From: Spirochaetia bacterium
GTDB taxonomy: Bacteria; Spirochaetota; Spirochaetia; UBA9216
NCBI GenBank assembly: GCA_963677925.2
Contig: CAXXYH010000004.1
Location: 192,001 to 256,000 of the forward strand
DNA: 64,000 bases
Reading direction: 5' to 3'
The position numbers and the translations under genes are program-made. Shown piece by piece: positions 20,188 through 29,335 of this stretch (positions are counted from its first letter, which is position 1; the number at the start of each line of letters is the position of its first letter). The notes below the pieces were generated by a model, which did not search any database, was not told the origin of the DNA, and saw only the letters and a list, made by a program, of their open reading frames with translations.

Positions 20188-21377
20188 TATTCTGCTTCTC
20201 CTCTGGCGTCAACGATAGACTCTATGCTGCTTATAATATTCTGCCTGGTGCTCTGATTCTGATCCGGCGCTATTGTCTGGGGCGGAATTGAAAAGAGGTG
20301 CTCCAGAATAAGTCCCGAAGCCCCATAGGCAACAGAAAACTCTTTTTTGGAAAACTCCGAAATGCTGCACTCCGGCTGTTCACTGTACATCCAGTTATCT
20401 TTTATGGCGGCTTCCATAACAGGAATAATCTCATCCTGAAAATCAGTCTCTGTTCCGCCAAAGAAAAGATGATCCATATTGAAGGTATTAACCAGAAGCG
20501 CAGCATTTTTCGAAAGCTCGCTTATAAACTTCAAAAAAACAGATTTATCGTTCATGATATTGACGGTCTCATCCTTTGTTAGTGAGAACTGGTTAAGACT
20601 TCCCGGAGCAGTGAATATACTTTTGAACTCACCGGCTGTGTGGTCCGACCCGCTGTAGACCTTCCGGTCTATCGCTATTCCAAGACCGACAGCAATACCG
20701 CCCTTTCCTGTATTCAGAATCTCATCCTTTCTGAACTCAATAAGAAGAACAAGGTAATTCCTCAGTTTTTCATCACGGTTAAGGGCCAGCTCTCCCCAGG
20801 CACAGCAGTTGGCATCATTCTCAATAAAAACAGGGATGCTGAAACTGTGCTTTTCAAATTCCTCATAAACATTGAAATCTGAAGTTATATCAAGCGGTAT
20901 TGATCGTCTGATTATTCCGTTTACAGAATCTATAATACCGGAAATACCTATTCCAACTGAAATAATCGGAGCTTCAATCTCTTCCTGAATTGAATTAGTA
21001 ATCTCAATAATCTTGGATGCAAGGTTTTCGCTAGTAAAAACCTCGTTCCTTATTTCAGAACGAACCAGTTCACCTTCAAGATTTGTCACAGCAAGCTTGT
21101 ATGATGAATAAGGCTGAATCTCAACACCCAGAATTACGCCGAAGTTCTTGTTAATTGCAAGATGAACCGGCTTACGTCCGCCGGTAGCCCCGGCCTTGCC
21201 TTCGGCTATAGTCTCAATGATTCCTGATTCGAGCAGTTTTGAAACAATCAGGGTAACAGTGGATTTATCTATTTCAAGGAGTCTTGAAAGTTCAATCCTG
21301 CTTATCCCCTTGTTCTGCCATACCGCACGGAGAATCTTAGGGATATTTAAAGAATTTGTGTCAGTAAAAAATGCCAA
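20187..21377 (-). CDS. ROK-family transcriptional repressor (XylR/NagC-like)
   Basis: ISRIELSR...STVTLIV winged helix, GGRKP, FIENDANC, AGEF. Confidence 0.9.
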   Translation of the reverse strand: MAFFTDTNSLNIPKILRAVWQNKGISRIELSRLLEIDKSTVTLIVSKLLESGIIETIAEGKAGATGGRKPVHLAINKNFGVILGVEIQPYSSYKLAVTNLEGELVRSEIRNEVFTSENLASKIIEITNSIQEEIEAPIISVGIGISGIIDSVNGIIRRSIPLDITSDFNVYEEFEKHSFSIPVFIENDANCCAWGELALNRDEKLRNYLVLLIEFRKDEILNTGKGGIAVGLGIAIDRKVYSGSDHTAGEFKSIFTAPGSLNQFSLTKDETVNIMNDKSVFLKFISELSKNAALLVNTFNMDHLFFGGTETDFQDEIIPVMEAAIKDNWMYSEQPECSISEFSKKEFSVAYGASGLILEHLFSIPPQTIAPDQNQSTRQNIISSIESIVDARGEAE

Positions 21378-21392
21378 AATAACCTCTTTTGA

Positions 21393-21445
21393 TTGGTTGA
21401 ATAAATCAACTAACCTAAGTCTAACATAGATCCACTGACTGTCAA
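21393..21445 (-). promoter_or_regulatory. Sigma-70 promoter and ROK-type operator of the sugar operon
   Basis: TTGACA (21445-21440), 16 bp, TG-n-TAGACT; downstream dyad TTGGTTGA-N5-TCAACTAA (21393-21413). Confidence 0.65.
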
Positions 21446-21489
21446 TAAAAAATTAACACTAAAAACAGTAAATTTGCTGAAAATAAAAT

Positions 21490-21520
21490 TTGACCTTCCC
21501 ATTTTGGCAAGGTTTATAAT
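21490..21520 (+). promoter_or_regulatory. MerR-type promoter of the glycyl radical enzyme gene
   Basis: TTGACC-19 bp-TATAAT with dyad ACCTTCC-N7-GCAAGGT. Confidence 0.85.
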
Positions 21521-21549
21521 TTTTTTGTAACCCAAATGGAGGAAAATAT

Positions 21550-23940
21550 ATGATTACTGCAAGAGTCCAGAGAATGATGGACCGGCTGGAGGTAGAGAAA
21601 TATCCGATACTAGCCGAAAAGGCCAGACTTACAATTGAAGCATGGAACAGTCACGAAGGTCTTCCTTCCGTCCTGCAGCGTGCTTATGCTACCGCACACT
21701 ACCTTGATAACCGCACCATTTATATAGATGACGATGAGCTTATTGCCGGAAATGTATCCAGCAAACCGATGGGAATGGAAGCGGCAACATGGGGTCCCTT
21801 CTGGGAGGATAAGGATCTTGAAACAATGGACAGCGTTTTTGAGATCAGTGATGAGGATCGTAAAACACTTAGGGGCCTTGATTCTTTCTGGGAAGGCAAG
21901 GGCCGTCAGATTTATGAATGGCAGGGACGTTACTATGACGATCACCACTTATGGCCTTTTATAAGATCAGGAATCCTCTGCCCGCCCTGGACAGATAAAA
22001 CCAAGGGACGCGGTTCAGGAGGCGCAGGCTTCGGATGGGGTCTGGGAATCGGACTCTCATTCTTTGTTCCTGACTATGAAAAAATCGTAAAAGAAGGAAT
22101 AAGCAAAACCCTGCATGATGCTGAGGAAGAACTTTTAACTCTCAGATACCATGACCAGGATTCAATCGACAAAGCCGACTACCTTAAGGCGGTAATTATT
22201 GCGCTCAGTTCCATGGTAAGAATGTACCACCGCTACGGAGACGCCTGTCAGAAAAAGGCAGATGAAACTGCTGATGAAACACGAAAGAAGGAACTTCTGC
22301 GAATGGCCGACACCTGTCACTGGATAGCCGATAATCCTTCCCGTAATTTCCGTGATGCCCTTCAGAATTTCTATTTTTACTGGATGATGATTGCCCACGG
22401 AGTTACTCCGGGCGGACGTTTTGACCAGTATATGTACCCATACTATAAAAAAGACATTGAATCCGGCGAAATTACCGAAGATGAGGTAATTGAACTTCTG
22501 GGAATGCTTCGAATAAAGATAATGCAGTTCAACTTTATAAGCGGCGGAGCACTTCAGCGCGATAAATGGGCCGGAATGGCCAGATGGCACAACTTTGTGA
22601 TCGGCGGCGTGGACAAAAACGGAAACGACGCAACAAATGACCTGTCCTACCACGTTCTTCAGGCGGCATTCGACGTAAGAGTTCCGCAGTACACAATTAC
22701 TATCAGGGTAAACAAAAATACCCCCGACGCACTTATGAAAAAGGGAGCTGAACTGGTAAGAACCGGAATAGGAATGCCGGCTTTTATATCCGACGACAGC
22801 TATATTGCCGGACTTGTTGACCAGGGAGTACCTCTTGAAGAGGCTCGCGGCTATGCCCTTGCAGGCTGTCTGGACCTCAATATCCCCGGAAAATCCAGAA
22901 TAAATGCCCTGGGAATGTTCATAGTTCCGAAGGTTCTGGATATCACAATGCACAATGGTTTACTTACCTCTACCGGAGAACAGATCGGTCCGAAAACCGG
23001 CGAAATGAAGGACTTTAAAACTTTTGATGAGTTCTACACAGCCTTCAAAACCCAGCTTTTTCACTTTATGGGTATGTACAATGAGGAACATAATATCCTT
23101 ATCCATGTAACTCATCATACTCAGCCCGATGTAGTGCATTCCGCCTTCACCTACGAGGGTATTACATCAGGAAAAGACATGAATCAGCGGAAGATGTTCT
23201 ATGAGAATGCTTCCATGTTCAACCCTGTGGGAATGATCAACGTTGTCAATTCAATGGCTGCTGTTAAGAAACTTGTCTTTGATGAAAAGAAATTTTCAAT
23301 GGAAGAACTCTATTCTGCTATTGAGGCTGACTGGCTAGGATATGAAAATATTCAGGATCTCTGCCTGAATGCTCCAAAATACGGAAACAATGACTCCTTT
23401 GTAGACGAAATTGCCAAAGATCTCTTCGGGTACTGGATATCATCAACTTCAAAATTCAGATCCGTTTACGGAGAACAGCCCAGACCGACCGGAATATCAA
23501 TTACCGCGCACGCACCGGGCGGTTCATATACCTGCGCAACTCCCGACGGCCGGAAATCGGGCGAAACCCTCTGTGACGGAGTAGTATCTCCGGCCCAGGG
23601 AAGTGATGTCCATGGTCCTACTGCCTCACTGCAGAGCGCAATGCAGATCGATCAGACTCCTTTCAATGCCATGCTGCTGAACATGAAGATTGATCCAAGC
23701 GCGCTTAAAAGTGATTCCGACCTTGCGAAGCTTTCCGCTCTTATCAAAACCTACATGTTCAACGGCGGAAAACATATTCAGTTCAATGTTGTAGATAATA
23801 AAACACTTAGAACTGCACAGATAACACCTGAGAAATACAGGGATCTGATTGTAAGGGTAGCAGGATACAGCACATATTTCACAATTCTGACCCCTGCCGT
23901 TCAGGAAGAAATCATTAAGCGGACAGAGAATAAACTATAG
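21550..23940 (+). CDS. Glycyl radical enzyme (PFL-like family) of unknown specificity
   Basis: 796 aa; GRFDQY, AGCLD (Cys440), PKYGNND, ATPDGR, HIQFNV, RVAGYS (Gly772); GGAGG Shine-Dalgarno. Confidence 0.95.
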   Translation: MITARVQRMMDRLEVEKYPILAEKARLTIEAWNSHEGLPSVLQRAYATAHYLDNRTIYIDDDELIAGNVSSKPMGMEAATWGPFWEDKDLETMDSVFEISDEDRKTLRGLDSFWEGKGRQIYEWQGRYYDDHHLWPFIRSGILCPPWTDKTKGRGSGGAGFGWGLGIGLSFFVPDYEKIVKEGISKTLHDAEEELLTLRYHDQDSIDKADYLKAVIIALSSMVRMYHRYGDACQKKADETADETRKKELLRMADTCHWIADNPSRNFRDALQNFYFYWMMIAHGVTPGGRFDQYMYPYYKKDIESGEITEDEVIELLGMLRIKIMQFNFISGGALQRDKWAGMARWHNFVIGGVDKNGNDATNDLSYHVLQAAFDVRVPQYTITIRVNKNTPDALMKKGAELVRTGIGMPAFISDDSYIAGLVDQGVPLEEARGYALAGCLDLNIPGKSRINALGMFIVPKVLDITMHNGLLTSTGEQIGPKTGEMKDFKTFDEFYTAFKTQLFHFMGMYNEEHNILIHVTHHTQPDVVHSAFTYEGITSGKDMNQRKMFYENASMFNPVGMINVVNSMAAVKKLVFDEKKFSMEELYSAIEADWLGYENIQDLCLNAPKYGNNDSFVDEIAKDLFGYWISSTSKFRSVYGEQPRPTGISITAHAPGGSYTCATPDGRKSGETLCDGVVSPAQGSDVHGPTASLQSAMQIDQTPFNAMLLNMKIDPSALKSDSDLAKLSALIKTYMFNGGKHIQFNVVDNKTLRTAQITPEKYRDLIVRVAGYSTYFTILTPAVQEEIIKRTENKL

Positions 23941-23994
23941 AGATTCGATAATCCTTCTAAATATCGATTATTTAAAAAAGTTACAACCAGCCAC

Positions 23995-24029
23995 GGGGTC
24001 ATCCAATAAGTATTGGGTGACCTCCTTTT
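23995..24029 (+). terminator. Intrinsic terminator after the GRE gene
   Basis: GGGGTCATCCAATA-AG-TATTGGGTGACCTC then CTTTT. Confidence 0.7.
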
Positions 24030-24077
24030 ATAAAAACTTTGAAAAACAGTGATTTTAATCATTCGAAATAATTTTTC

Positions 24078-24108
24078 TTGACCTTCCCAATATGGGAAGG
24101 CTTAAAAT
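24078..24108 (+). promoter_or_regulatory. MerR-type promoter of tctBAC
   Basis: TTGACC-19 bp-TAAAAT with dyad CCTTCCCA-ATA-TGGGAAGG. Confidence 0.85.
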
Positions 24109-24204
24109 TTCGAGAAATTCTCAAATGAATTGGTTGATTATCAGTTAGCGGCACTGACATGCATTACGCAGCTAAAAACTGAGAAAATTAAAAGGAGAAG
24201 GGTT

Positions 24205-24678
24205 TTGACCTCGAAATTTATCCACAAGGACAGAGTCCTAGGACTCATAATGCTGGCTTTAACAGGCTTCTTCGGATTTCACACCATGCGCCTTCCTGAA
24301 TCCGTTGTCCAGGGAGATCCTGGCCCCAAGGTATTCCCCTATATAGGATGTTTCCTCATGGGCGTGATCGGCATTTCCTATCTGTTTAAGAAACATCCGG
24401 ATACTGCAAAAGAAATAGACAGGGAAGAACTGAAACGTCTTGTGCTTCTTTTTTCTCTTTACGTTCTGTTCTTTGTAGTCCTTTGGCTTTTCGGCTACCT
24501 GGTTGCAATTCCTGTAGCAACATTCCTTATTTCAATGCTGTTCTCAAGGGAAGCAAATATTAAGACCAGAAATGTTGTTATCTATACCGTACTGGTAACG
24601 CTAGGAATCTACATCGCATACGTCGTAGCTCTCGGCTCTTCTCTTCCGAAGGGCATATTCTGGAACCTTTTCAGGTAA
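24205..24678 (+). CDS. tctB: Tripartite tricarboxylate transporter small membrane subunit
   Basis: About 4 TM helices, GDPGPKVFP motif; TTG 24205 with AGGAG 7 nt upstream. Confidence 0.85.
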   Translation: MTSKFIHKDRVLGLIMLALTGFFGFHTMRLPESVVQGDPGPKVFPYIGCFLMGVIGISYLFKKHPDTAKEIDREELKRLVLLFSLYVLFFVVLWLFGYLVAIPVATFLISMLFSREANIKTRNVVIYTVLVTLGIYIAYVVALGSSLPKGIFWNLFR

Positions 24679-24696
24679 GACAGGAAGGTAGATAAA

Positions 24697-26187
24697 ATGA
24701 TACTTGAAACATTACAGACAATCGCCACACCCGCTGGCCTGATTTATATTTTCGGAGGAGCCGTTCTTGGAATGCTTCTCGGAGCAATCCCGGGACTCAG
24801 CGGAGGAACAATCACGATCCTGCTGCTGCCGATATCCTACAAGATGAATCCGGCTCTTGCACTGGGTCTGTTTACTTCAATTTACATAGGAAGTACATCC
24901 GGAGGCTGTATCGGTTCAATTCTGCTTGGAATTCCCGGCACGAACTCATCGATTGTAACTACATTTGACGGTTACCCAATGACTAAAAAGGGCGAGCCGG
25001 TACGTGCACTCAGTGCCGCGGTCAGCTCAAACTTCATAGCGATGATCCCCTCTCTTGTAATCGCTATAATCGCAGCACCCCTGCTTGCAAAGCTTGCTGT
25101 AAAACTTGGCCCCTGGGAATACTTTGCACTTTGTCTTTGCGCAATCGCAATGGTTGTCGGGCTTTCAAAAGAGAATGCAACGAAGGGCTTACTTGCTGTA
25201 GGGCTTGCAATTATTGCCGCCTCAGTGGGAATGGCTCCAATCTCATCTACCCAGCGTTTCACATTCGGCAACCTCTACCTTTATGACGGCTTCAGCATTG
25301 TAAACATAATGATGGGTATGTTCGCTGCAAAGATTATACTGCAGGAGTTTGCCAGCGGTAAAAAAGCCAAGGAAGCATCAAACATAAAGGTCAGCGGATT
25401 CAAACTTCCGGTAAAAGATCTTCTTAATAATGTAGGCAACATCATCAGGTCCTTTTTCACCGGCCTGATAATCGGATTCCTCCCGGGACTCGGCGGAAAA
25501 ACCTCAACATTCCTGGCTTATTCAACTGAAAGAAACCTGTCCAAAAATAAAGAAAACTGGGGAAAGGGTGAGGTTGCAGGCGTCATTGCACCGGAAGTTG
25601 CAAATAATGCAGGAATAGGAGGAGAGCTTATTCCGCTTATCGCCCTGGGTATACCGGGAAGCACACCAATGACTCTCTTTCTGGCAGCGCTTACAATTCA
25701 TGGAATAAACCCGGGTCCGCTCCTGATAAGGAATAACCCTGAAATTGTTTACATGATCTACATCGCAGCTATCATAGCTGCAGTGCTCATCCTCATTGTT
25801 GAAATAGTAGGCATGCCCATTTTCCCGAGAATGCTGAAAGCACCATATCACTATCTGTATCCTTTAATTATCATAATTTCACTGCTTGGCGCATATCTCT
25901 CCGGTAACAGCTTATTCGGACTGTTCGTTACTCTTGTTGCCTGCCTGCTCGGACTCGCGATGGATTATTTCAGCATTCCGATAGTTCCATTCATCATGAC
26001 CTATATCCTGAGTACGCTTCTTGAAAGAAATCTAAGGATGGCTTTGAACTATTCCGATACAGGCTTCCTATCATTTTTTACCCGTCCGGTTTCCGCAATT
26101 CTACTTCTAATAGGAGCAGGGTTACTGGTTTGGAACCTGGTAGGTCATTTAATCAAACCTGCGAAACAGAAAGCCGAAGTTCGATAA
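24697..26187 (+). CDS. tctA: Tripartite tricarboxylate transporter large permease
   Basis: GAIPGL, GIPGT, DGYPM, PEVANNA, LGIPG motifs. Confidence 0.95.
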   Translation: MILETLQTIATPAGLIYIFGGAVLGMLLGAIPGLSGGTITILLLPISYKMNPALALGLFTSIYIGSTSGGCIGSILLGIPGTNSSIVTTFDGYPMTKKGEPVRALSAAVSSNFIAMIPSLVIAIIAAPLLAKLAVKLGPWEYFALCLCAIAMVVGLSKENATKGLLAVGLAIIAASVGMAPISSTQRFTFGNLYLYDGFSIVNIMMGMFAAKIILQEFASGKKAKEASNIKVSGFKLPVKDLLNNVGNIIRSFFTGLIIGFLPGLGGKTSTFLAYSTERNLSKNKENWGKGEVAGVIAPEVANNAGIGGELIPLIALGIPGSTPMTLFLAALTIHGINPGPLLIRNNPEIVYMIYIAAIIAAVLILIVEIVGMPIFPRMLKAPYHYLYPLIIIISLLGAYLSGNSLFGLFVTLVACLLGLAMDYFSIPIVPFIMTYILSTLLERNLRMALNYSDTGFLSFFTRPVSAILLLIGAGLLVWNLVGHLIKPAKQKAEVR

Positions 26188-26249
26188 AAATATTATGCAA
26201 TTAATGCTGCAATTTGCAGCATTTGAAAAATATTAAATAGGAGAAAAGA

Positions 26250-27263
26250 ATGAAAAAGAAGAGGAAAATTTTATTGCTGGCAGTTGCTGTTCTGGTTTTA
26301 TTCAGTCTGCATACTCTTTCTGCAAACGGACAGCAGGAAGGTGCTGCGGGCGGAGCTGAGGCCTGGCCGGCAAAAGATGTAACAGTTTACATCCCGAACC
26401 CGCCGGGAGCACCAATCGATTTATCCACAAGAATTATGCTTGAATACCTGACTGAAAAAACTGGTGGAACATTTATTCCTGTAAATGAAAACACCGGTGT
26501 CGGCACCCTGGCATTAAAAAAACTTTCAGGTGCAAAACCGGACGGATATACACTCATGTTTACCGGCTCAGGTGCAAATATCCAGTATCATACAGGACAG
26601 AATGATATTAACCCAATGAATCCTGACCAGGTAACAATTATTTCTTCAACTCCGGGTTTAAAGGTTGATTTTGACTCTGTACTTCTCACAACTCCCGATC
26701 ATCCTTATAAGACCTGGGAAGAATTTGTTGATTACGTAAAAGCACATCCCGGTGATGTAAATTACGGAACAAGTACAGGAAGTACTGTTGAGGTTAAGGC
26801 CCGAATGATCCTGAAACAGTTCGACCTTGAAGACAAGGTTAAACTTGTATATTCCGGTAATTCAGAAATTCCTATCGGGATGCTGGGCGGTTCTATTGAT
26901 GCCGCAGTTCTGTCAGGCTTGAGTGCCATGCAGTACCTGCAGGACGGTTCCTTTATTGCCCTTATGCATACAATAGATGAGTACAACGGCAGCAACCCGC
27001 TTTTTGTAGATCTTCCTACTTATACAGATCTCGGATGCCCTGAACTGTATTCCGCATTTCCGATGTACCTGGTAGGACCCGGAAATATGGATCCTGAACT
27101 TGTTAACAAGATTAATTCAATGCTGACCGATGCAGCTTCAATAGATAAGTATGTAGAACGATGGGATAAAATGCACAGTATTTATATACCAAAATCTCCG
27201 GAAGAAATCCGTGAAATGGTTGCCCGCATGGATAAAAACATCGAAAAAGTTTACAAAAAATAA
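26250..27263 (+). CDS. tctC: Tripartite tricarboxylate transporter substrate-binding protein (Bug/TctC)
   Basis: Signal peptide, WPAKDVTVYIPNPPGAPIDLSTR, AKPDGYTL. Confidence 0.9.
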   Translation: MKKKRKILLLAVAVLVLFSLHTLSANGQQEGAAGGAEAWPAKDVTVYIPNPPGAPIDLSTRIMLEYLTEKTGGTFIPVNENTGVGTLALKKLSGAKPDGYTLMFTGSGANIQYHTGQNDINPMNPDQVTIISSTPGLKVDFDSVLLTTPDHPYKTWEEFVDYVKAHPGDVNYGTSTGSTVEVKARMILKQFDLEDKVKLVYSGNSEIPIGMLGGSIDAAVLSGLSAMQYLQDGSFIALMHTIDEYNGSNPLFVDLPTYTDLGCPELYSAFPMYLVGPGNMDPELVNKINSMLTDAASIDKYVERWDKMHSIYIPKSPEEIREMVARMDKNIEKVYKK

Positions 27264-27272
27264 AACATCTTC

Positions 27273-27299
27273 AGGCGGGAGTAATTTAAACTCCCGCCT
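27273..27299 (+). terminator. Strong hairpin after tctC (no U-tract; terminator or mRNA stabiliser)
   Basis: AGGCGGGAGT / ACTCCCGCCT. Confidence 0.55.
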
Positions 27300-27314
27300 C
27301 GCCTAGAGAAACCT

Positions 27315-28145
27315 ATGAACAAAAACTGGGGCTCCGATAATTTACTGATTGGCCAGATGGCCAGAATGCATAATATCTCACCAAAAATGCTTCGATATTG
27401 GGACAGAATCGATGTGCTTAAACCCGCAGTAACCAATGAAATAAACGGCTACAGGTATTATACAACCAGGCAGTTCCACACACTTAATTTTATAATCTAT
27501 ATGCGATCAATGGGCCTTTCATACAAGGAAATTAAAAATTACCTTAAGAACGATCATCACAACAGCCTGATTGAACTTCTTGATTCACAAATTGATATCA
27601 GCGAAAAGCGAATACAGGAACTTCAAACTACTCAGACAATGCTCAAAGGACTGAAGTCAGAGATTGAGAATGCGCTGGATGTAAAGCAGGATGAAGCCGT
27701 CAGACTTGAACGGAGGAAGGCCAGGCAGATCCTCCGGATGAAGGGCGATATCAAAACCAGGGTTGAGTTTGAGACTCTGGTATACAGTCTACGGAACAAA
27801 ATTGAGAACAAACCTCATATCCTGATGCCGAAGGTAGGATTGTTCCTTGACCGTGAAGAATTTAAAAAAGGGAATTTTGATGTATTCAGCGGAATCTATA
27901 TTCTTAAAGAAAACTACAACACATCCCCAGGATTTATTTCAAGCCTGCCGGCCGGAGATTATGCCTCAATCACATTCTGGGGGAGGACTGAAGAATCTGA
28001 AAACCAGTTTGCCAAACTGGCTGATTTTCTGGACCGGAACAATCTTCAAATGAAGGATGATGTTATACGCTGTGTTGTTGCACCCGGCATGCATGAGGAC
28101 GAGCGTGGTCATCTGGCCCAGATTGCTGTCCGGGTTTCAGACTGA
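27315..28145 (+). CDS. MerR-family regulator with C-terminal GyrI-like effector domain (BmrR-type)
   Basis: IGQMARMHNISPKMLRYWD...NGYRYY HTH, coiled coil, LPAGDYAS. Confidence 0.9.
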   Translation: MNKNWGSDNLLIGQMARMHNISPKMLRYWDRIDVLKPAVTNEINGYRYYTTRQFHTLNFIIYMRSMGLSYKEIKNYLKNDHHNSLIELLDSQIDISEKRIQELQTTQTMLKGLKSEIENALDVKQDEAVRLERRKARQILRMKGDIKTRVEFETLVYSLRNKIENKPHILMPKVGLFLDREEFKKGNFDVFSGIYILKENYNTSPGFISSLPAGDYASITFWGRTEESENQFAKLADFLDRNNLQMKDDVIRCVVAPGMHEDERGHLAQIAVRVSD

Positions 28146-28147
28146 AA

Positions 28148-28873
28148 CTACTCCCAGGGCGTTTTAGTTTTCCTTCTGACAACTATCTCATCTATAACAG
28201 CATTGCCGTTCATTCCCAGCAGAAAGCCTACTGAGGCCGCAATATCTTCAGGCTGTATCATTTCCGATGTATCAATGTCCGGCCTGACAGTTCTTACCAT
28301 ATCAGTATCAACCCCGCCCGGCAGCACAGCATGAACACGGATATTAGTTTTGGATAAATCCCGCGCTGTTGATTTTGTCAGGCCGTAGAGTGCATGCTTT
28401 GATGCAGAATATAAAACCTGATTTTCATAACCCTTCTGTGAAACAATTGAACAGATATTTATTATAAAACCGGGGTCTGCCTTCTTCAGAAAAGGTATTG
28501 CTTCCTGAATCAGAAAAAAGGGGATCTTTGCATTTATGTTCATCACACGATCCCATTCCTCAGAAGAATATCCGCCGACAGGCTTTGCCATTGTAATTCC
28601 AGCATTATTCACAAGAAGATCCAGTCTGCCGAACTGTTCTACAGAAGCTCTTACTATATCAGCACAGTCAGAAACTTCAGAAAGCTCAGCCTGTCTTATG
28701 ACAACATTAACTTTATCTCCGGCAGGAAGTGATTCAAAAACCTTAGCTTTGGTTTCTTCAAGTCTGGCAGCATTTCTTCCTGTCAGAAAGAGGCTGTATC
28801 CATGGGAAGCAGCCTCTACTGCTATAGCCCTTCCTATACCGCCGGATGCCCCTGTAACAAGAGCAGCCTTCAT
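28148..28873 (-). CDS. Short-chain dehydrogenase/reductase
   Basis: TGASGGIG, NNAG, YSASK. Confidence 0.95.
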   Translation of the reverse strand: MKAALVTGASGGIGRAIAVEAASHGYSLFLTGRNAARLEETKAKVFESLPAGDKVNVVIRQAELSEVSDCADIVRASVEQFGRLDLLVNNAGITMAKPVGGYSSEEWDRVMNINAKIPFFLIQEAIPFLKKADPGFIINICSIVSQKGYENQVLYSASKHALYGLTKSTARDLSKTNIRVHAVLPGGVDTDMVRTVRPDIDTSEMIQPEDIAASVGFLLGMNGNAVIDEIVVRRKTKTPWE

Positions 28874-29334
28874 TTCTTTAGAGCTTCCAGGGCTTTCGGA
28901 ACGGTATCTCCGGGTTTTACCTTATACCAGGCTTCTATAATTTTTCCGTAGGGATCAACAAGAAAAGAAGATCTGATAATGCCGAAATACTTTTTACCAT
29001 ACATACTCTTCTCGCCCCAGACATTGAATGCCTCTGCAGCAACATGGTCTTCATCAGCAAGAAGAGGAAAACCAAGTTCGTATTTTTCATCAAATTTTTT
29101 CTGTTTTGCGGGTGCATCCGGACTTATCCCTACAGCCTTACAGCTCAGTTTTGAAAAGTCATCACGGGCCTCACTGACGGCACAGCTCTGTGTTGTACAG
29201 CCGGAAGTCATGGCCTTCGGATAAAAGTAAACAAGTAAATAACTTCCATTAAAATCTTTAAGTTCAACCGTATTTCCGTCCTGATCGGAAAGTGAAAAAT
29301 CGGGACATCTATCCCCGGCTTTAAGTTTATCCAT
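28870..29334 (-). CDS. bcp: Peroxiredoxin Q / bacterioferritin comigratory protein
   Basis: YFYPKAMTSGCTTQSC, WGEKSMYGK. Confidence 0.95.
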   Translation of the reverse strand: MDKLKAGDRCPDFSLSDQDGNTVELKDFNGSYLLVYFYPKAMTSGCTTQSCAVSEARDDFSKLSCKAVGISPDAPAKQKKFDEKYELGFPLLADEDHVAAEAFNVWGEKSMYGKKYFGIIRSSFLVDPYGKIIEAWYKVKPGDTVPKALEALKK

Positions 29335-29335
29335 T

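Noticed and set aside
22162-22953. 263-aa minus-strand ORF within the GRE gene
   Set aside because: Antisense shadow with no motifs; not an activase.
28148-28873. SDR as part of the GRE pathway
   Set aside because: Convergent, overlaps bcp, and has no MerR box upstream.
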